From contig NC_043006.1 of the NCBI RefSeq assembly GCF_006345805.1, positions 78,182,001 through 78,246,000 on the forward strand: a stretch of 64,000 nucleotides of DNA, in the 5' to 3' direction. Shown here piece after piece: positions 24,217 through 37,141 of the stretch (within the stretch, counting starts at the first letter, position 1; each line of letters starts with the position of its first letter). A model generated the notes under the pieces. It saw only the letters and a list, made by a program, of their open reading frames with translations, searched no databases and was not told the DNA's origin. The DNA is from Octopus sinensis. Taxonomy: Eukaryota. The position numbers and the translations under genes were made by a program.

Positions 24217-25935
24217 CTAGTTTAGCTCAGAGCTGCGGCCATGCAGACGCACCGCCGTTTTGTGCTACACTGTTATTACTAAGAGCCTCCTCTAATATGT
24301 GGCTCTTGGTGAAGAATGGAGTTTGATATAGCTGCCCTCATTTGCACCTCTTACCATGAGGTAGGTTCATCTGGGACTCTCGACCGGAAGAGGTCCAACT
24401 TTGATTTAAAAAACCCTACATCTACTTCGTGCAAGTTCCTCAGACTCTTTGGGAGAATATTAAAAAGCTGTGGGCCCTTGAAACTCAGGCTGTTGCAGTA
24501 ACTTGTTCTGAAGCGTGATGGCATTGCTGGGATCTTTGGTACTATGAAGTGTCGTCCCGTTCTGGCATTGGTGTAGCTTTCAATGCCAAAACTTGGTACA
24601 GTTCCTTCCAGGATCGTCCAGTTATATATTACTGCATACCTATCGCGTCTTCTCTCCAAGGAGTAGAGTCTTATCTGTTTCAACTTTTCCCAGTAGCTGA
24701 GCTGTTGCAAAGAGACGATATTCTTTGTGAATCTTCTCTGGATTGCTTCAAGGTCCACTGTTAATTTCCCACTGGTGGGTGACCATGGCTGTGAGCAGTA
24801 ATCCAGGCGGCTGAGGATGAATGTCCGCCAGAGGACCATCATGGTTTCCTTATCTCTGGTTCTGAATGTTCTTAGGATCCATCCAGCCAGTAGTCTGCAC
24901 TTTGTTGCCATCCTGGTAATGTGCACTTGGAAAGAGGTATCATCACTCATGTCGATACTCAGGTCCCTCACTGACTTAGGCTCTGGGATTGAAATTCCCT
25001 GTGGACCGGTGTACCCTCTAGGTTTAATATTCAGTTTTGGGTACTGGTATAGCAGGGCCTAGAATTTTTCAGCATTAAACAGCATATTATTATCCTCAGC
25101 CCATCTGTAAATTGAGTGCAACTCCTGCTGCATGTGTGCAACATCGCTGGAGTTCTGTATTTTCTACGAGTCTTTCGTATCATCTGTATAGCATGCCAGA
25201 GTGGCTATCCGGGCATTTGAGAGCATATCTGAGAGGGCCACTATAAAAAACAGTGGTCACAAAACAGTGCCCTGTAGAACACCGCTCACTATTTGTGTGT
25301 TCATAGATGTGGCTTCATTAGCCACTACTGCCTGACTCCTATCTTTCAGCTAGTCATGTAACCACTCTCCAAGTTTTCCAGCTATGCCAAGGTCACGCAG
25401 TTTGTGGCATATGATACCAAGATCCACCTTGTCAAAAGCTTTTGCAAAATCAAGGTACATTACGTCCATATTTGATTTGTTGAGTAACTGCCTCAACACC
25501 CAGTCATAATGTTGTAAGAGCTGGGTCAGGCAGCTCCTACCTGGTCGAAAACCATGCTGGGTATCACTCAGCAAGTTATTTTCTTCAAGGAAAGCGACTA
25601 GTTTCCCTCTGACTAACCGTTACATGACTTTGCTGATGTGTGAAGTCAGAGAGATAGGCCTATAGTTTTTGGCTTCTGCTCTACTTCCCCCTTTATGTAT
25701 TGGGCATATTATTCCCTCCTTCAGCTTGCTTGGCAGTTTGCTATTTGTAAGAAAGCTCTGGAAGAGAATCTTGAAGGGTTTTGCCAGGGCATGCTTACAC
25801 GCTTTGAGGACGATTGCTGGGAAACCATCAGGACCAGCAGTTTAGTTTGTGTCCACTTCATCTATGGCTAGTAGTATATCCTCTTCACTAATCTCAATGT
25901 ATTCCATTGTAACTGCCTCGCTGGTTATAGGTGAA
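24217..25935 (-). mobile_element. 5'-truncated, decayed CR1/L2-like LINE (reverse transcriptase region and 3' tail)
   Basis: QHGFRPGRSCLTQLL..YLDFAKAFDKVD (ORF 25350-25574), YTDD at about 25179-25190, and SRLDYCSQPWSP..LERRRDR (ORF 24351-24971). In-frame stops are present. Confidence 0.92.
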
Positions 25936-26814
25936 GAAGTCCACTGGTTCATTCATTTGTCTGTTTTCCAGATTATATATACATATATAATCCTAGGAAA
26001 ATAGTCATGGAATGTAATCATTCACTGGGTTCACGATCAAATACCCAATGTTGCGGAGAAGAAACTTTACAAATTGCATGGGTATATATTAAATTATAAA
26101 AATTATAAATTATAATAGAAAATGGAGATGTATAACAATTAGCAATTCAAAAATTAAAACTTAAAATTTATTAGCATAATAGAATATTATATTATATTCT
26201 TATAATAATACAATATAATAAAATATAAGTAATAAATATTTAATGTAAATCACATACAAATGTTTCAATTCTTGGCCATAATAAGATAATAAAAATGCAT
26301 TGTTTTGGGGGCAAGAATCTTGTCGGTGTAATTTCTTATGTATATTTGGATTCACATATCCTATAAAATTGAATTTAAACCCATTTGTTTACAAGCGTAA
26401 GCGTTATTAATTAAAAAACGAAAACAAAGTTAAAAATTTAAAAAATAAAGCAATATAGCAGCCTTGAAATATATTTGTATGCTATTAAGTATTCTAATCT
26501 AAATATATCTTGGCGTATTAGTGTTTATATACGAGGAACAATTTTTTTAAACTATTCAAAAAAGACCATGGCTAAATAAAAAATATCACCTTTATTTTTC
26601 ATAATACATTCTTTTATAACAATACGGTAAGTAACAAAATAATATGTCACCTATAGTCAAATACTAATAATAGCATATAAAATTACAAATTATGTTAATT
26701 TAATTAATCAATATATATATATAATATATATATATATCTATATATATATATATATATATAAAAAAAACATATATATATTACATGTATAAATATATAACAT
26801 ATATATATATATAA

Positions 26815-26859
<45 letters not shown>

Positions 26860-26863
<4 letters not shown>

Positions 26864-27084
26864 TATAAAACATATATAAAACATATCTACAGTTCAAATT
26901 TATAGAAAAACAAAAGACGAAGACAGCTGTATGAAGAACAAGTAAGTGTATTATTTTTGACCCTAGGGAAATATGAAAAGGTCTTTTACGTTTCAAGCCT
27001 ACGCTTTTCAACAGAAAGGAACACCAGGAAATAAACAGAGAAAGGATAACAAAGACTTGTAGATTTCAGCGGTCCAACATGGCG

Positions 27085-27085
<1 letters not shown>
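26860..27085 (-). mobile_element. PLE-type terminal fragment between microsatellites
   Basis: The minus strand TTGAAAAGCGTAGGCTTGAAACGTAAAAGAC resembles 53705-53750 and 49235-49270. Segment 26900-26945 matches 1262-1310 in reverse. Confidence 0.5.
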
Positions 27086-27115
<30 letters not shown>

Positions 27116-27116
27116 G

Positions 27117-27147
<31 letters not shown>

Positions 27148-27177
27148 GCGTGTGTGTACGTATGTGTGCGTGTTGTG

Positions 27178-27241
<64 letters not shown>

Positions 27242-27380
27242 CACTCAATTGTGAGATTGCTACGCCATAACCAGCACTTGGGTATGAATAATTGGGCAAA
27301 CTACCAGCACTATATTGGATAGATAATACCCCTTAGTTTGTTGGCTTTCCAACCTCTAACTCACACAGAAAAATATATAT

Positions 27381-27446
27381 GTAGTTTAGTGGTTAGGATT
27401 CTTGGCTTTCACCTAGGCGGCCCGATTTCGATTCCTGGCGTGGGAA
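27381..27446 (+). pseudogene. tRNA-Glu(TTC) pseudogene lacking the 5' acceptor strand
   Basis: TAGTGGTTAGGATTCTTGGCTTTCACCTAGGCGGCCCGATTTCGATTCCTGGCGTGGGAA, with anticodon TTC at 27408-27410. The 5' acceptor-stem strand is replaced by AT-rich sequence. Confidence 0.8.
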
Positions 27447-27453
27447 TGCTTTT

Positions 27454-27623
27454 AAACGCAGGAGTGGTGTGGTAACTTGCTTGCTTCAAAACCACATGAT
27501 TGCAGGTTAAGTCCCACTTCATGGCAGCTTAGGCAAGTGCCTTCTACTATAGCCTTGAACCGACAAAAGCCTTCTGAGAGGATTTGGTAGAGAGGAAGTG
27601 AAAGGAGCCCGTCGTATACATAC

Positions 27624-27679
<56 letters not shown>

Positions 27680-27917
27680 GTATGTATGTATGTATGTATA
27701 TATGTATGTATGCATGTATTTGTGTGTCTGTGATTGCCCCGCACCATCGCTTGACAACTGGTGTTGCTATGTTTAGGTCCCCGTAACTTAGTGGCTCGAC
27801 AAAAGAGACCGATAGAATAAGTACTGGGCTTACAAAGAATAAGTCCTGGGGTCAATTAGTTAGACTAAATGCGGTGCTCTAGCATGCCCGTTGTCAAATG
27901 ACTAAAATAAGTAAAAG

Positions 27918-27918
<1 letters not shown>
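27454..27918 (+). mobile_element. CORE-type SINE with an internal (TA)n expansion
   Basis: Family head, core and tail are all present. Confidence 0.88.
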
Positions 27919-27954
<36 letters not shown>

Positions 27955-27975
27955 GTGTATATACATATATATATA

Positions 27976-28384
27976 TAGGCGCAGGAGCGGCTGTGTGGTA
28001 AGTAGCTAGCTTACCAGCCACGTGAATCCAGGTTCAGTTCCACTGCGTGGTACCTTGGGCAAGTGTCTTCTACTATAACCTCGGGCCGACCAAAGCCTTA
28101 TGTGTGGATTTTGTGGGCGGAAACTGAAGGAAGCCCGTCGTGTATATGTATATATATGTGTGTTTGTTTGCGTGTCCGTGTTTTTTACCGCAACATTGCT
28201 TGATAACCGATGCTGGTGTGTTTACGTCCCCGTAACTTAGCGATTCGGCAAAAGAGATCAATAGAATAAGTACTAAGCTTACAAAGAATAAGCCCTGGGG
28301 TCGATTTCCTCGACTAAAGGTGGTGCTCCAGAATGACCGCAGTCAAATTACTGAAACAAGTAAGATAGTAAAAGAGTAAAGGAG
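27976..28384 (+). mobile_element. Full-length CORE-type SINE
   Basis: GGCGCAGGAGCGGCTGTGTGGTAAG...CCTTGGGCAAGTGTCTTCTACTATA...CAGTCAAATTACTGAAACAAGTAAG. Confidence 0.92.
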
Positions 28385-28482
28385 TATATATATATATATA
28401 TATAGATAGATATATATTGGTAAAAACGGTAAGATAACAAAAGAAAGAAAGAGACCTCAATATTATGTAAATAGAAGAAATT

Positions 28483-28685
28483 TATCTGTAAAGTAATATG
28501 TGGCGATTATTCAATACCTAAGATAAAACTCTGAGTTTCGGATGCCAAGGTGGAAATCCACAACACAATCTCTTCGGTTATCTGGCCATCTAACCGAAGT
28601 GATGGTGTTGTGGATTTCCACCTCGGCATCCGAAACTTAGAGTTTTATCTTGGCTATTGAATAATTGTCACATATTATTTTACAG

Positions 28686-28689
<4 letters not shown>
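28483..28689. ncRNA. Foldback element with a hammerhead-like fold (minus strand 28521-28583)
   Basis: Arms about 28483-28580 and 28591-28689. The minus strand reads AGATAA-CCGAAGA-GAT..ATCC-GAAA-C-TCAGA-GTT-TTATCT. Confidence 0.6.
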
Positions 28690-28741
<52 letters not shown>

Positions 28742-29025
28742 GTACATTTATAGACATACATATATTTATACACACACATATATAGAAGAGAGAGAAGACA
28801 CACACCACAGAGAAAAAGAGACATTTTTTTTTGCAGATTATGTCAACTATCGACCATATGCATGTGTTTGTGTGTGTGCGTGAGTAGACAGAGGGAGAAA
28901 GAAAGAGATGGAGAGAGGGAGAGATGGATAGATTGGTAGTTAGATAGATACATCTTGTGTCTACATATACATCTTTATACATATATATTTATATGTATAT
29001 ATGTATGCATAAACATATTATACAT

Positions 29026-29122
<97 letters not shown>

Positions 29123-29936
29123 CGTATATATGTATGTAATAAACATGTGTGTGTGTGTAAGATTCATAGAATATTCGGGTTAAAAACCTTGTCCAATCCT
29201 TATGGAAATCTCATCTTAGCTCGTCCGCAGTTAATGACTATGACACATCATCATACATTGGAGTTACGCCAACTAATCCATTTACACAAAGCCATTAGCA
29301 TCCGTAGAGAGTATATTAATTGATAAACGATAGAAAAGGGAATTACAACTTTCATTATTTGAAATACTACAATTTTTTTCGACACATTTTAAAACTTTTT
29401 GTGCATCAGTCATATTTTATGTAATAATTACCATGCGCGCAGGGTATAACAGGCGCCTAGCTGGCTGATTGTTTAGATAAACAATTGTAGTTATATTGTT
29501 TTTAAATAGAGATTGCCATCCCATTTATCTATCATTTCATATAATGTGTGTTCGTATGTCTTAATTAGATGTAAAGTTACATAACTCATTTATGGGCATA
29601 GAATTTCATGCATGCGACTCATTCAGTTGAGTTTTATTTCTCTTCTTTGTAGGTTTCTATGTGTATATATATATTTATGTATTTGTATATATGCATATGT
29701 ATGTACATGTATATCTATATGAATACATATGCCTATATAATGCGTAACCGAGATGTGTAGATTGAAAACTAATACATGAGTTTGATGAGGGGTTATTAAT
29801 TTTGCGTTTGTTTTATGCGTATGTTCTCGTGAAAGTTCGTATGAGCACTTGCTTTTTAAAATAGTTTTCTTTCTTTTACATTTTCCTCACAAGAAAGCTG
29901 ATTTAAATGTTATGTTGTGACTAGATTCTTGTAATA

Positions 29937-30458
29937 CTATAAGCGCAAAGATACATTTGAAATTGCTATATTTTCAGGATTTGAATTAAATTGTACTTGC
30001 TTGGAATATGTATCATACCAATTGCCTTTATACGATCGGTCAAATTCGTCTAGAGAAAAGTTTTTCTTAATTTCTTGTAAATCCATGTCATAACCATGTG
30101 TGTTATTTTCGGTTATTTTAGAGTTATCTGGTTCATTTCCGCTCCCGTCGTAATCAGGGACTGGATATACATCTTTCGGACGTTCTCCGACTGTCACAAA
30201 CCTTCCACCGTTCTGCAGTGAATAAGAGTTATTGTTGTCATTGGTGACGAATCTTAGATCAGAACGCTCGGAAGATCGTTCTTTTTTCCTATCTAGCATA
30301 AATTCCGTTGCTGTAAACTCTTCTAATTCATTGCCCTTACTTCTTGTTTCAATTAACTGGATAGCTTCAGGTTTCCTCAAAATAAACTCTGAATCAGACT
30401 TACTAGCTGCTAGATCTCTGTCAGGTTCTCTCGTACTATAATCATACTTTTCATGGAC
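29937..30458 (-). CDS. Terminal coding exon of an unidentified single-pass membrane protein (phase 0; VHEKYDYSTREPD...NVSLRL*)
   Basis: Acceptor TCTCCTTTCAACAG|GTC at 30459/30458. There are 173 open codons of non-repetitive, protein-like composition ending at TAG, and the phase matches the upstream microexon. Confidence 0.8.
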   Translation of the reverse strand, partial: VHEKYDYSTREPDRDLAASKSDSEFILRKPEAIQLIETRSKGNELEEFTATEFMLDRKKERSSERSDLRFVTNDNNNSYSLQNGGRFVTVGERPKDVYPVPDYDGSGNEPDNSKITENNTHGYDMDLQEIKKNFSLDEFDRSYKGNWYDTYSKQVQFNSNPENIAISNVSLRL

Positions 30459-31023
30459 CTGTTGAAAGGAGAAATATTATGATAGAACATTAAACTATAT
30501 AAATTTAATTGAATGTTACTGGCGAGAAAGTAATAGAGAGAGAGAGAAGAAAAATCTACCTGTCGCATCATCGAAAAGAAATAACGTACAGCAATGACAA
30601 CACAATATAGTGATTACTACAAAAAAAATAATAATCAGTGCGAGTCTTCGCCGTCACATCGGTGAAATAATTCATGACTGCATTTATATAATCACACAAT
30701 CCATAAGCGATTTCAACTCGATTGAAAAACGTACGACCAATTCTAAAATATATTCCTATGTTATTTAACACTGCAATCGACCTACGATATAAATACCTCT
30801 ACGTGATTGTTTTATACGAGGGAAAGTGTTAAGTTTCACCTACACGGCAAAAACTATTATTTATTTTGCATTATGTCTGTGTCATTGAAAAGTTCACTTC
30901 CAAACGTCATGGTTTTGGTTTCAGTTCCACTGCGTTGCAACTCGGGCAGCTTAGTAAGTGTTTTCTACAGCGGTCGATCAAATCCTTGTTGATGATCGAA
31001 AACGGAAATTAGTTCGTCGTACG

Positions 31024-31054
<31 letters not shown>

Positions 31055-31093
31055 ATATATATATATATATATACATATTTATATTATAATATA

Positions 31094-31141
<48 letters not shown>

Positions 31142-31337
31142 TATATATATATATAAATGGATGAATGATTACCCTTTGTTTACCGTTAACATGGAAAATT
31201 CAATAAACAGTTACCAGGGTAGAAAAAATTTACGCAAATAACACTGATGAAGCGACCTATTCAAAGATAGAAACTCCGGGTTAATGTGCAGTAATTTATA
31301 TATAGGTGTGTGTGTGTCTCTGTGTGTATGAGTATGC

Positions 31338-31379
<42 letters not shown>

Positions 31380-31399
31380 ATATATATATATATATGTAT

Positions 31400-31668
31400 A
31401 TGTATATAATTTAGAGAAAAAGCGCTATTAAACAATTCATAAAGAAAGATGGTATTCACACCATATAGAAAACATATATCATAAAAACCTTATTCTAAAA
31501 AGCAATAAAATACAATAAATAGTAAACACTATTTACTATTTATTGTAGTATTTATTGTACGTTATTGATTTTAAACAATGTTTTTTTTTTATAGTATATG
31601 TTTTCTATATGGTGAGTAACATCTTTATTGAATTTTTTAATAGAGGTTTTTCTCTAAATTATATACAT
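31400..31668. repeat. Degenerate AT-rich foldback, related to 39539-39790
   Basis: Arms ATAATTTAGAGAAAAA..CCATATAGAAAACATAT and ATATGTTTTCTATATGG..TTTTCTCTAAATTAT. The 3' extension TTTTTCCCTGTAA is shared with the 39750 region. Confidence 0.7.
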
Positions 31669-31772
31669 ATATTATATATTGTGAAATTTGATTTAAAATT
31701 GTTAAATTGAATTTTTCCCTGTAAGTTTTGGAATTGTATTCCTTACTATTATATATCTATATACATATATAT

Positions 31773-31904
<132 letters not shown>

Positions 31905-31964
31905 CATATACTTATACATATACATATGTATGTATATATATATATATATATACTATACATATAC

Positions 31965-31995
<31 letters not shown>

Positions 31996-32446
31996 TGTAT
32001 GTATGTATGTGTATGTATATATATATATATATACATGATATCACCAACGAGTGGAGAATCCGTAAACATACGAGGGATAAGTAAGTACAGGACAAAGTAC
32101 CAAATGAAGTCCAACTCTCTTCAGTTGTCGCATGCTTCATTACTTCTTATTTCGTGCTTTCAAAAATACACGAAAACTTCGTGGGTGTGTATGTTTGTGT
32201 GTATGCTCCCTTCTCTTGATATCGCGCTTGAGCTGCAAATGAATTTGTGTATCATACAAGCAGAGTCATTAGTTCCCAATCTTTCGTAGATACGTAAGGA
32301 AATATGAATATATTTGAGAACATGTGAGGGTTTGAAACTGGAAGGATATTATGATGTAGAAAATCAAGCTGAAACTACTCTGTCCGACCCATACTATCAT
32401 GAAAAAGTTTATGCTAAAGCAACGACAACGACGGCAATGATGATGA

Positions 32447-32506
32447 TGATGATGATGATGATGATAGTGGTGCTGGTGCTGCTGGTGCTGGTGCTGGTGC
32501 TGGTGG

Positions 32507-32559
<53 letters not shown>

Positions 32560-32583
32560 ATGATGATGGTGATGATGATGATT

Positions 32584-32616
<33 letters not shown>

Positions 32617-32679
32617 ATGATGATGATGATGATGATGATGGTGGTGCTGGTGCTGGTGCTGGTGGTGCTGGTGCTGGTA

Positions 32680-32728
<49 letters not shown>
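32447..32728. repeat. Compound (GAT)n/(GGTGCT)n repeat with a higher-order duplication
   Basis: Read directly; intronic in the gene model. Confidence 0.95.
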
Positions 32729-32730
<2 letters not shown>

Positions 32731-33152
32731 CTACACAGCAGTGTTATCGAAATATTGAGTTTGTTTGGGGACACTACTATGCATATTTTAAGAATGTGAA
32801 ACAGATAAAGACGTCTCACACAACATGAACTGGCCTCAGCAGAAAACTTTGTCGAGATCTCCAAAATTTAAGCTTATTCTAAACGATGCTCACCAGCAAC
32901 TATGACTATATTGGCATAAACCCACGAATTCAGAGAAGGAGAAGGAGACAGAGGTTAGCGTTTTATTCATGGCTACCCAACTCTGTATTTTCTTTAATGG
33001 TGCTCGCTGTGTCGCAAGCATTTGGTGTCATATTTCTTTTCTTCTCTCTCCCCCGCCAAACACGGTGTCCCCGAAAAAAGATTTTGGGCGAGGCTTCTCT
33101 ACATTCGGTAAACAACTGAATATCTACATTTAGTCTTCAAATATATACTTAC

Positions 33153-33183
33153 CATTGCTCTAGTTTGTAACACTGACGGGTTC
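33153..33183 (-). CDS. 31-nt microexon 2 (phase 2 to 0; L-NPSVLQTRAM)
   Basis: TTACTACTTTCAG|GAACCCG...GCAATG|GTAAGT. It restores the frame between microexon 1 and the terminal exon. Confidence 0.72.
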
Positions 33184-33279
33184 CTGAAAGTAGTAATTGA
33201 ATACATAGCGAATTAAAAACAGATAAATAGACATTGAATAAGTGGAATTCAATGCAATCAAGTACAATAAAATAAGCGA

Positions 33280-34092
33280 AATCCTATATTTGCTATTTAA
33301 TCTACTGTGCAGTCAATTTAAGCGCTTGCTTAGGGAAGTTGTTGCAAGAAAAATTACTGGAGACTTTTTTCTGAAAATTGCAGCAACAAAAGTTACTTGA
33401 AATCGAGCACGTAAATCATAGAACATGTTGTTATGGATGTTGTAAAACCTCGGTAAGAAAATCAAGATGGTACAGAATGATGAAATGGTTAAACTTTCAC
33501 ACATATGAAGCACACAAAATTGCTGAAGGGTACAAGAAAATGTAAAAGGATACACAACGAGATGTAGAGGGGAAACAGTCAGCATAAGCAATAAATAAAA
33601 TAACACGATGCACAGCATACCTACATACATACACACATACAAATTTTGGTCTGTTAGCATAACGCACAGATTTAAGATCTCCCCTTACGAAAAAAGGACT
33701 CAAATCTGGCGATCTTGGTGGCCGTTCAACCGGTCCTTGATGTCCAATCCATTTTCTTGGAAATGTTTTGTCCAAAAAACTGCGCATATTTTTCGTATAA
33801 AGTGGTGGATCCCCATCCTGTTGAAACCACATACCTCTTCAAATCTCTAAGGGTACGTAATCTAGGCAAGGCATGCGGAATGGTTTTAATAAATGAAGGT
33901 ATGACTCACCCGTTATTGTGTTTGGGAGAAAATAAGGACAAATTATCGTACTTCTCCATATAGCCACCCACACCATAATCCTTGGTCAATATTGGACGTG
34001 ATAGGATAATTAAATAATCAAAATCATGCTAAAGATAAGAAATACTGTTTTGTAATTTCTCTATGGGTCCAGACTTTTGCACCACCCTATAT
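33280..34092 (-). mobile_element. Internally deleted Tc1/IS630-like transposon relic
   Basis: WFQQDGDPPLY..FLDKTFPRKWIG..PPRSPDLSP matches the Tc1 QQDGAPPH..WPPRSPDL motifs. A TIR-like end TA-GGGTGGTGCAAAAGTCTG lies near 34072-34092. Confidence 0.8.
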
Positions 34093-34292
34093 ATATATAT
34101 TTATATATTGTTAAGATTTTCTCTAAAGATACCGTATAGAAATTATAGGCCAGCACTAATTTGATTCCATCGTTTCCAATTCGAGATACTTGATGACTGG
34201 AGACATGAAATCGAAAATGAAAAACGGCGCGACTGTGCTATATGACAGTAGATCATGGAAAATACTTATAAAAACGTTTCATATATTTGTAG

Positions 34293-34360
<68 letters not shown>

Positions 34361-34496
34361 CATGTATATATTAATGATATGTTCAGACACCATATTTGAT
34401 TATGCATGTTATACAAACATAATATACTACAAATATATGAAACGTTTTTATAAGTATATATATATACACGCACATACACACACACACACATATATG

Positions 34497-34555
<59 letters not shown>

Positions 34556-34830
34556 GTGTGTGTGCATATCTATATATAAATAGATAAATAGAGAGATAGA
34601 TAGATTGGTAGACAGAAAGATAGATAGATAGAGAGATAGATAGATTGGTAGACAGAAAGATAGATAGATAGATAGATAGGTAGATAGATAGATAGATAGA
34701 TAGTTAATAGAGAGAGAGAGAGTGAGTGAGACAGAGATAGAAAGGCAGACAGACAGAGTGAAGAGGCTTATAAGCGGGTATTGCGTATTGCTAACAAAAT
34801 TTTAAATATATTGGGAGAAAATAGACTTAC

Positions 34831-34861
34831 AGTGGTTGTGACGTGTTATAATCTGTAATAC
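34831..34861 (-). CDS. 31-nt microexon 1 (phase 1 to 2; S-ITDYNTSQP-L)
   Basis: TTTCGCTTTCTTTACAG|GTATTAC...CCACT|GTAAGT. The phase matches the upstream exon. Confidence 0.72.
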
Positions 34862-35679
34862 CTGTAAAGAAAGCGAAATTAAAATATGTGTCAACAATTT
34901 TTACTGCGAAAATATGTCACCATAAACTCTCTGATGCACATTAGTGCAGATGATTCAATTTGGAATCGTAAATATAATACAATAAATATCACTAAACGTA
35001 CGATGAAATGCGATTTGTCTAGTAATTTATATTGATTATATCGATTATATGTAGGTCACAAAATCTGGACTTTGGATTAGGAATAATTTCACAATTGAAT
35101 TAATGATGGTCATTGTGCGGCGGGAAGTTAGTCTGAGAAATGCGGTAGTATACAGAAAATAAATGGAATAGAAGTATATTAAATTTCCGAAATAGTGGCA
35201 ATACCGGAGTTTTGCAACCCGTTCTTTTGAATGTTCCAAAGCATATGAAGTTTTTACAATCCATGTATTTCATCAGGCCGATAAATACATTCGGGTAAAT
35301 AAGAATTAAACATATAGGGGAAGCGATACAAATTTATTAACTGCTATAATAACACAATAATTTGAGATAAAATGAAATATTCTATATAGAAATATGCAAT
35401 TTTGAAATTAATAAAATTTGTATATACTACTTTGTAAGTACTAGTTAATATTAATACATCCTTAATATCGAGTAATCACACAATAAGTAAATATATAAGC
35501 GAAAAATATTAATATTACAAATATGCATTTTGAAATAATAGGAATAAATGCAACTTTTAGGTTGAAAATTTCAAGAACTAAATATACGGGGAGTGATTGA
35601 GACATCTAATTATCAGTATACTTCCATCTTCAAAACAATTAAGTGTTTTTAGTATCTTCAGATTTTTAATAGTAAAGTG

Positions 35680-36560
35680 TTAACATGAAAAGAGAAAAGC
35701 ATGCAGTCATAATAGCCATATGTGCGAAATAACTTTCTAAATTCCTCAAAATCTTTTGCACGCGAATGTTGGATGGAATAGAAAGCCGCTATGGAAACGT
35801 TTCAACTGTATCAAAGAGAAATAAACACATTCTAGATTTTCGGATACTGAAGGATATCACAATTCATCCAACGGGTACATTATCGTTGATGATTCAGGTA
35901 AATCAACGTAGACCCTCACTAAAGATCTTCAGGTGTCGGAGTGAATTATCATAACCACGATGACTTTCTATGCAAGTTGTATTTACTGGAAAGAGGCAAA
36001 TTCATGTTTGCAAGGGCAGAGGAAAATTATTTGATACTCGCCAAGATATACTTAATGTTAAAAACACTAACGAACATGGCATGGTTTGTTTCTTCTATGA
36101 TGAGAAAATCTTCGACCAAGACCAAACGTCTTATGAAATTTAATATCCCCAGAGAAATGCACACTGAATTTTCAGGAACTGTATTTGGTTTTAGATTTGG
36201 GGAATAACAGAGGTCACTATAAGTCTCCTGACATCTTTTGTGAGGGTCTTGAAATAAATGCTGCTCTATACATTGAGGTGTTAGAGTCAGGTGTTAAGTG
36301 CTGGATGGATGAAGTATGCAGTGAAAGAGAACTCATGTTTCAACAAGACTCAGCGCTTTCAACATAGAATGGCTGGACAGATGAACTTTATGATCATGTA
36401 ACACCAGACGTGTGGCCTCAAACTCGCCATATGTAAAGCTTAGATGACTACAAGACTTGGAACATTGATGAAAAAGAATCTAATCTATATCTTCACTCTA
36501 TCTTCCCTAAAGTTCACTATTACTCAGTTGGTGTTCGACTATTTAGTGCAGGCATATGAA
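35680..36560 (+). mobile_element. Decayed Tc1/mariner-superfamily (maT/DD37D-like) transposase relic
   Basis: GHYKSPDIFCEGLEINAALYIEVLE..LMFQQDSA resembles the family motif GHVMPPHIF..INA..YIEVL..QQDSAP. Confidence 0.7.
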
Positions 36561-36910
36561 CAAACTCGATCCCACAATAAAACAGATATCGAAGGACAAT
36601 GTGGATCCATAGAATTATCTTATAAGGAAGTTAATGAGAGCATGTGCGCAAGTTTATATTAAAATGCATTTGGTTTTTGGTAGATTACCAAATAAGTCTT
36701 GAAATATATATCGCACTCTGTGTTTTAAATTCCCTTGTAAAATTGTAGGAGTGCTTTGTATTTCAATATATAATGAATTCCTTTTAAAAATTCCAACCGT
36801 TACTTAAATTTGCGGATTTATCAAAAATACATAGTTTGATTGTTTTATTATGCATTTTACATTTGTTGCTGTTGGATTAAATTTTGTTTGGAGCAGCAAC
36901 ATTCACTACC

Positions 36911-37141
36911 TATTTCTTTACTACCCACAAGGGGCTAAACATAAAGGGGACAAACAAGGACAGACAAAGGGATTAAGTCGATTACATCGACCTCAGTGCG
37001 TAACTGGTACTTAATTTATCGACCCCGAAAGGATGAAAGGCAAAGTCGACCTCGGCGGAATTTGAACTCAGAACGTAACGGCAGACGAAATACGGCTACG
37101 CATTTCGCCCGGCATGCTAACGTTTCTGCCAGCTCGCCGCC
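36911..37141 (-). mobile_element. Full-length SINE (467-1053 family) with a 9-bp TSD
   Basis: TTCACTACC lies at both 36902-36910 and 37142-37150. Confidence 0.93.

Noticed and set aside
29633-29638. AATAAA about 300 nt downstream of the stop codon
   Set aside because: It is a plausible poly(A) signal, but the hexamer is too common in this AT-rich DNA to call without 3'-end data.
32314-32799. 161-aa plus-strand poly-Met ORF
   Set aside because: It is driven by the (GAT)n repeat and lies antisense within an intron.
35045-35239. Minus ORF with a good upstream acceptor (TTTCTCAG) as a possible extra exon
   Set aside because: With the required phase-1 input it hits TAA immediately.
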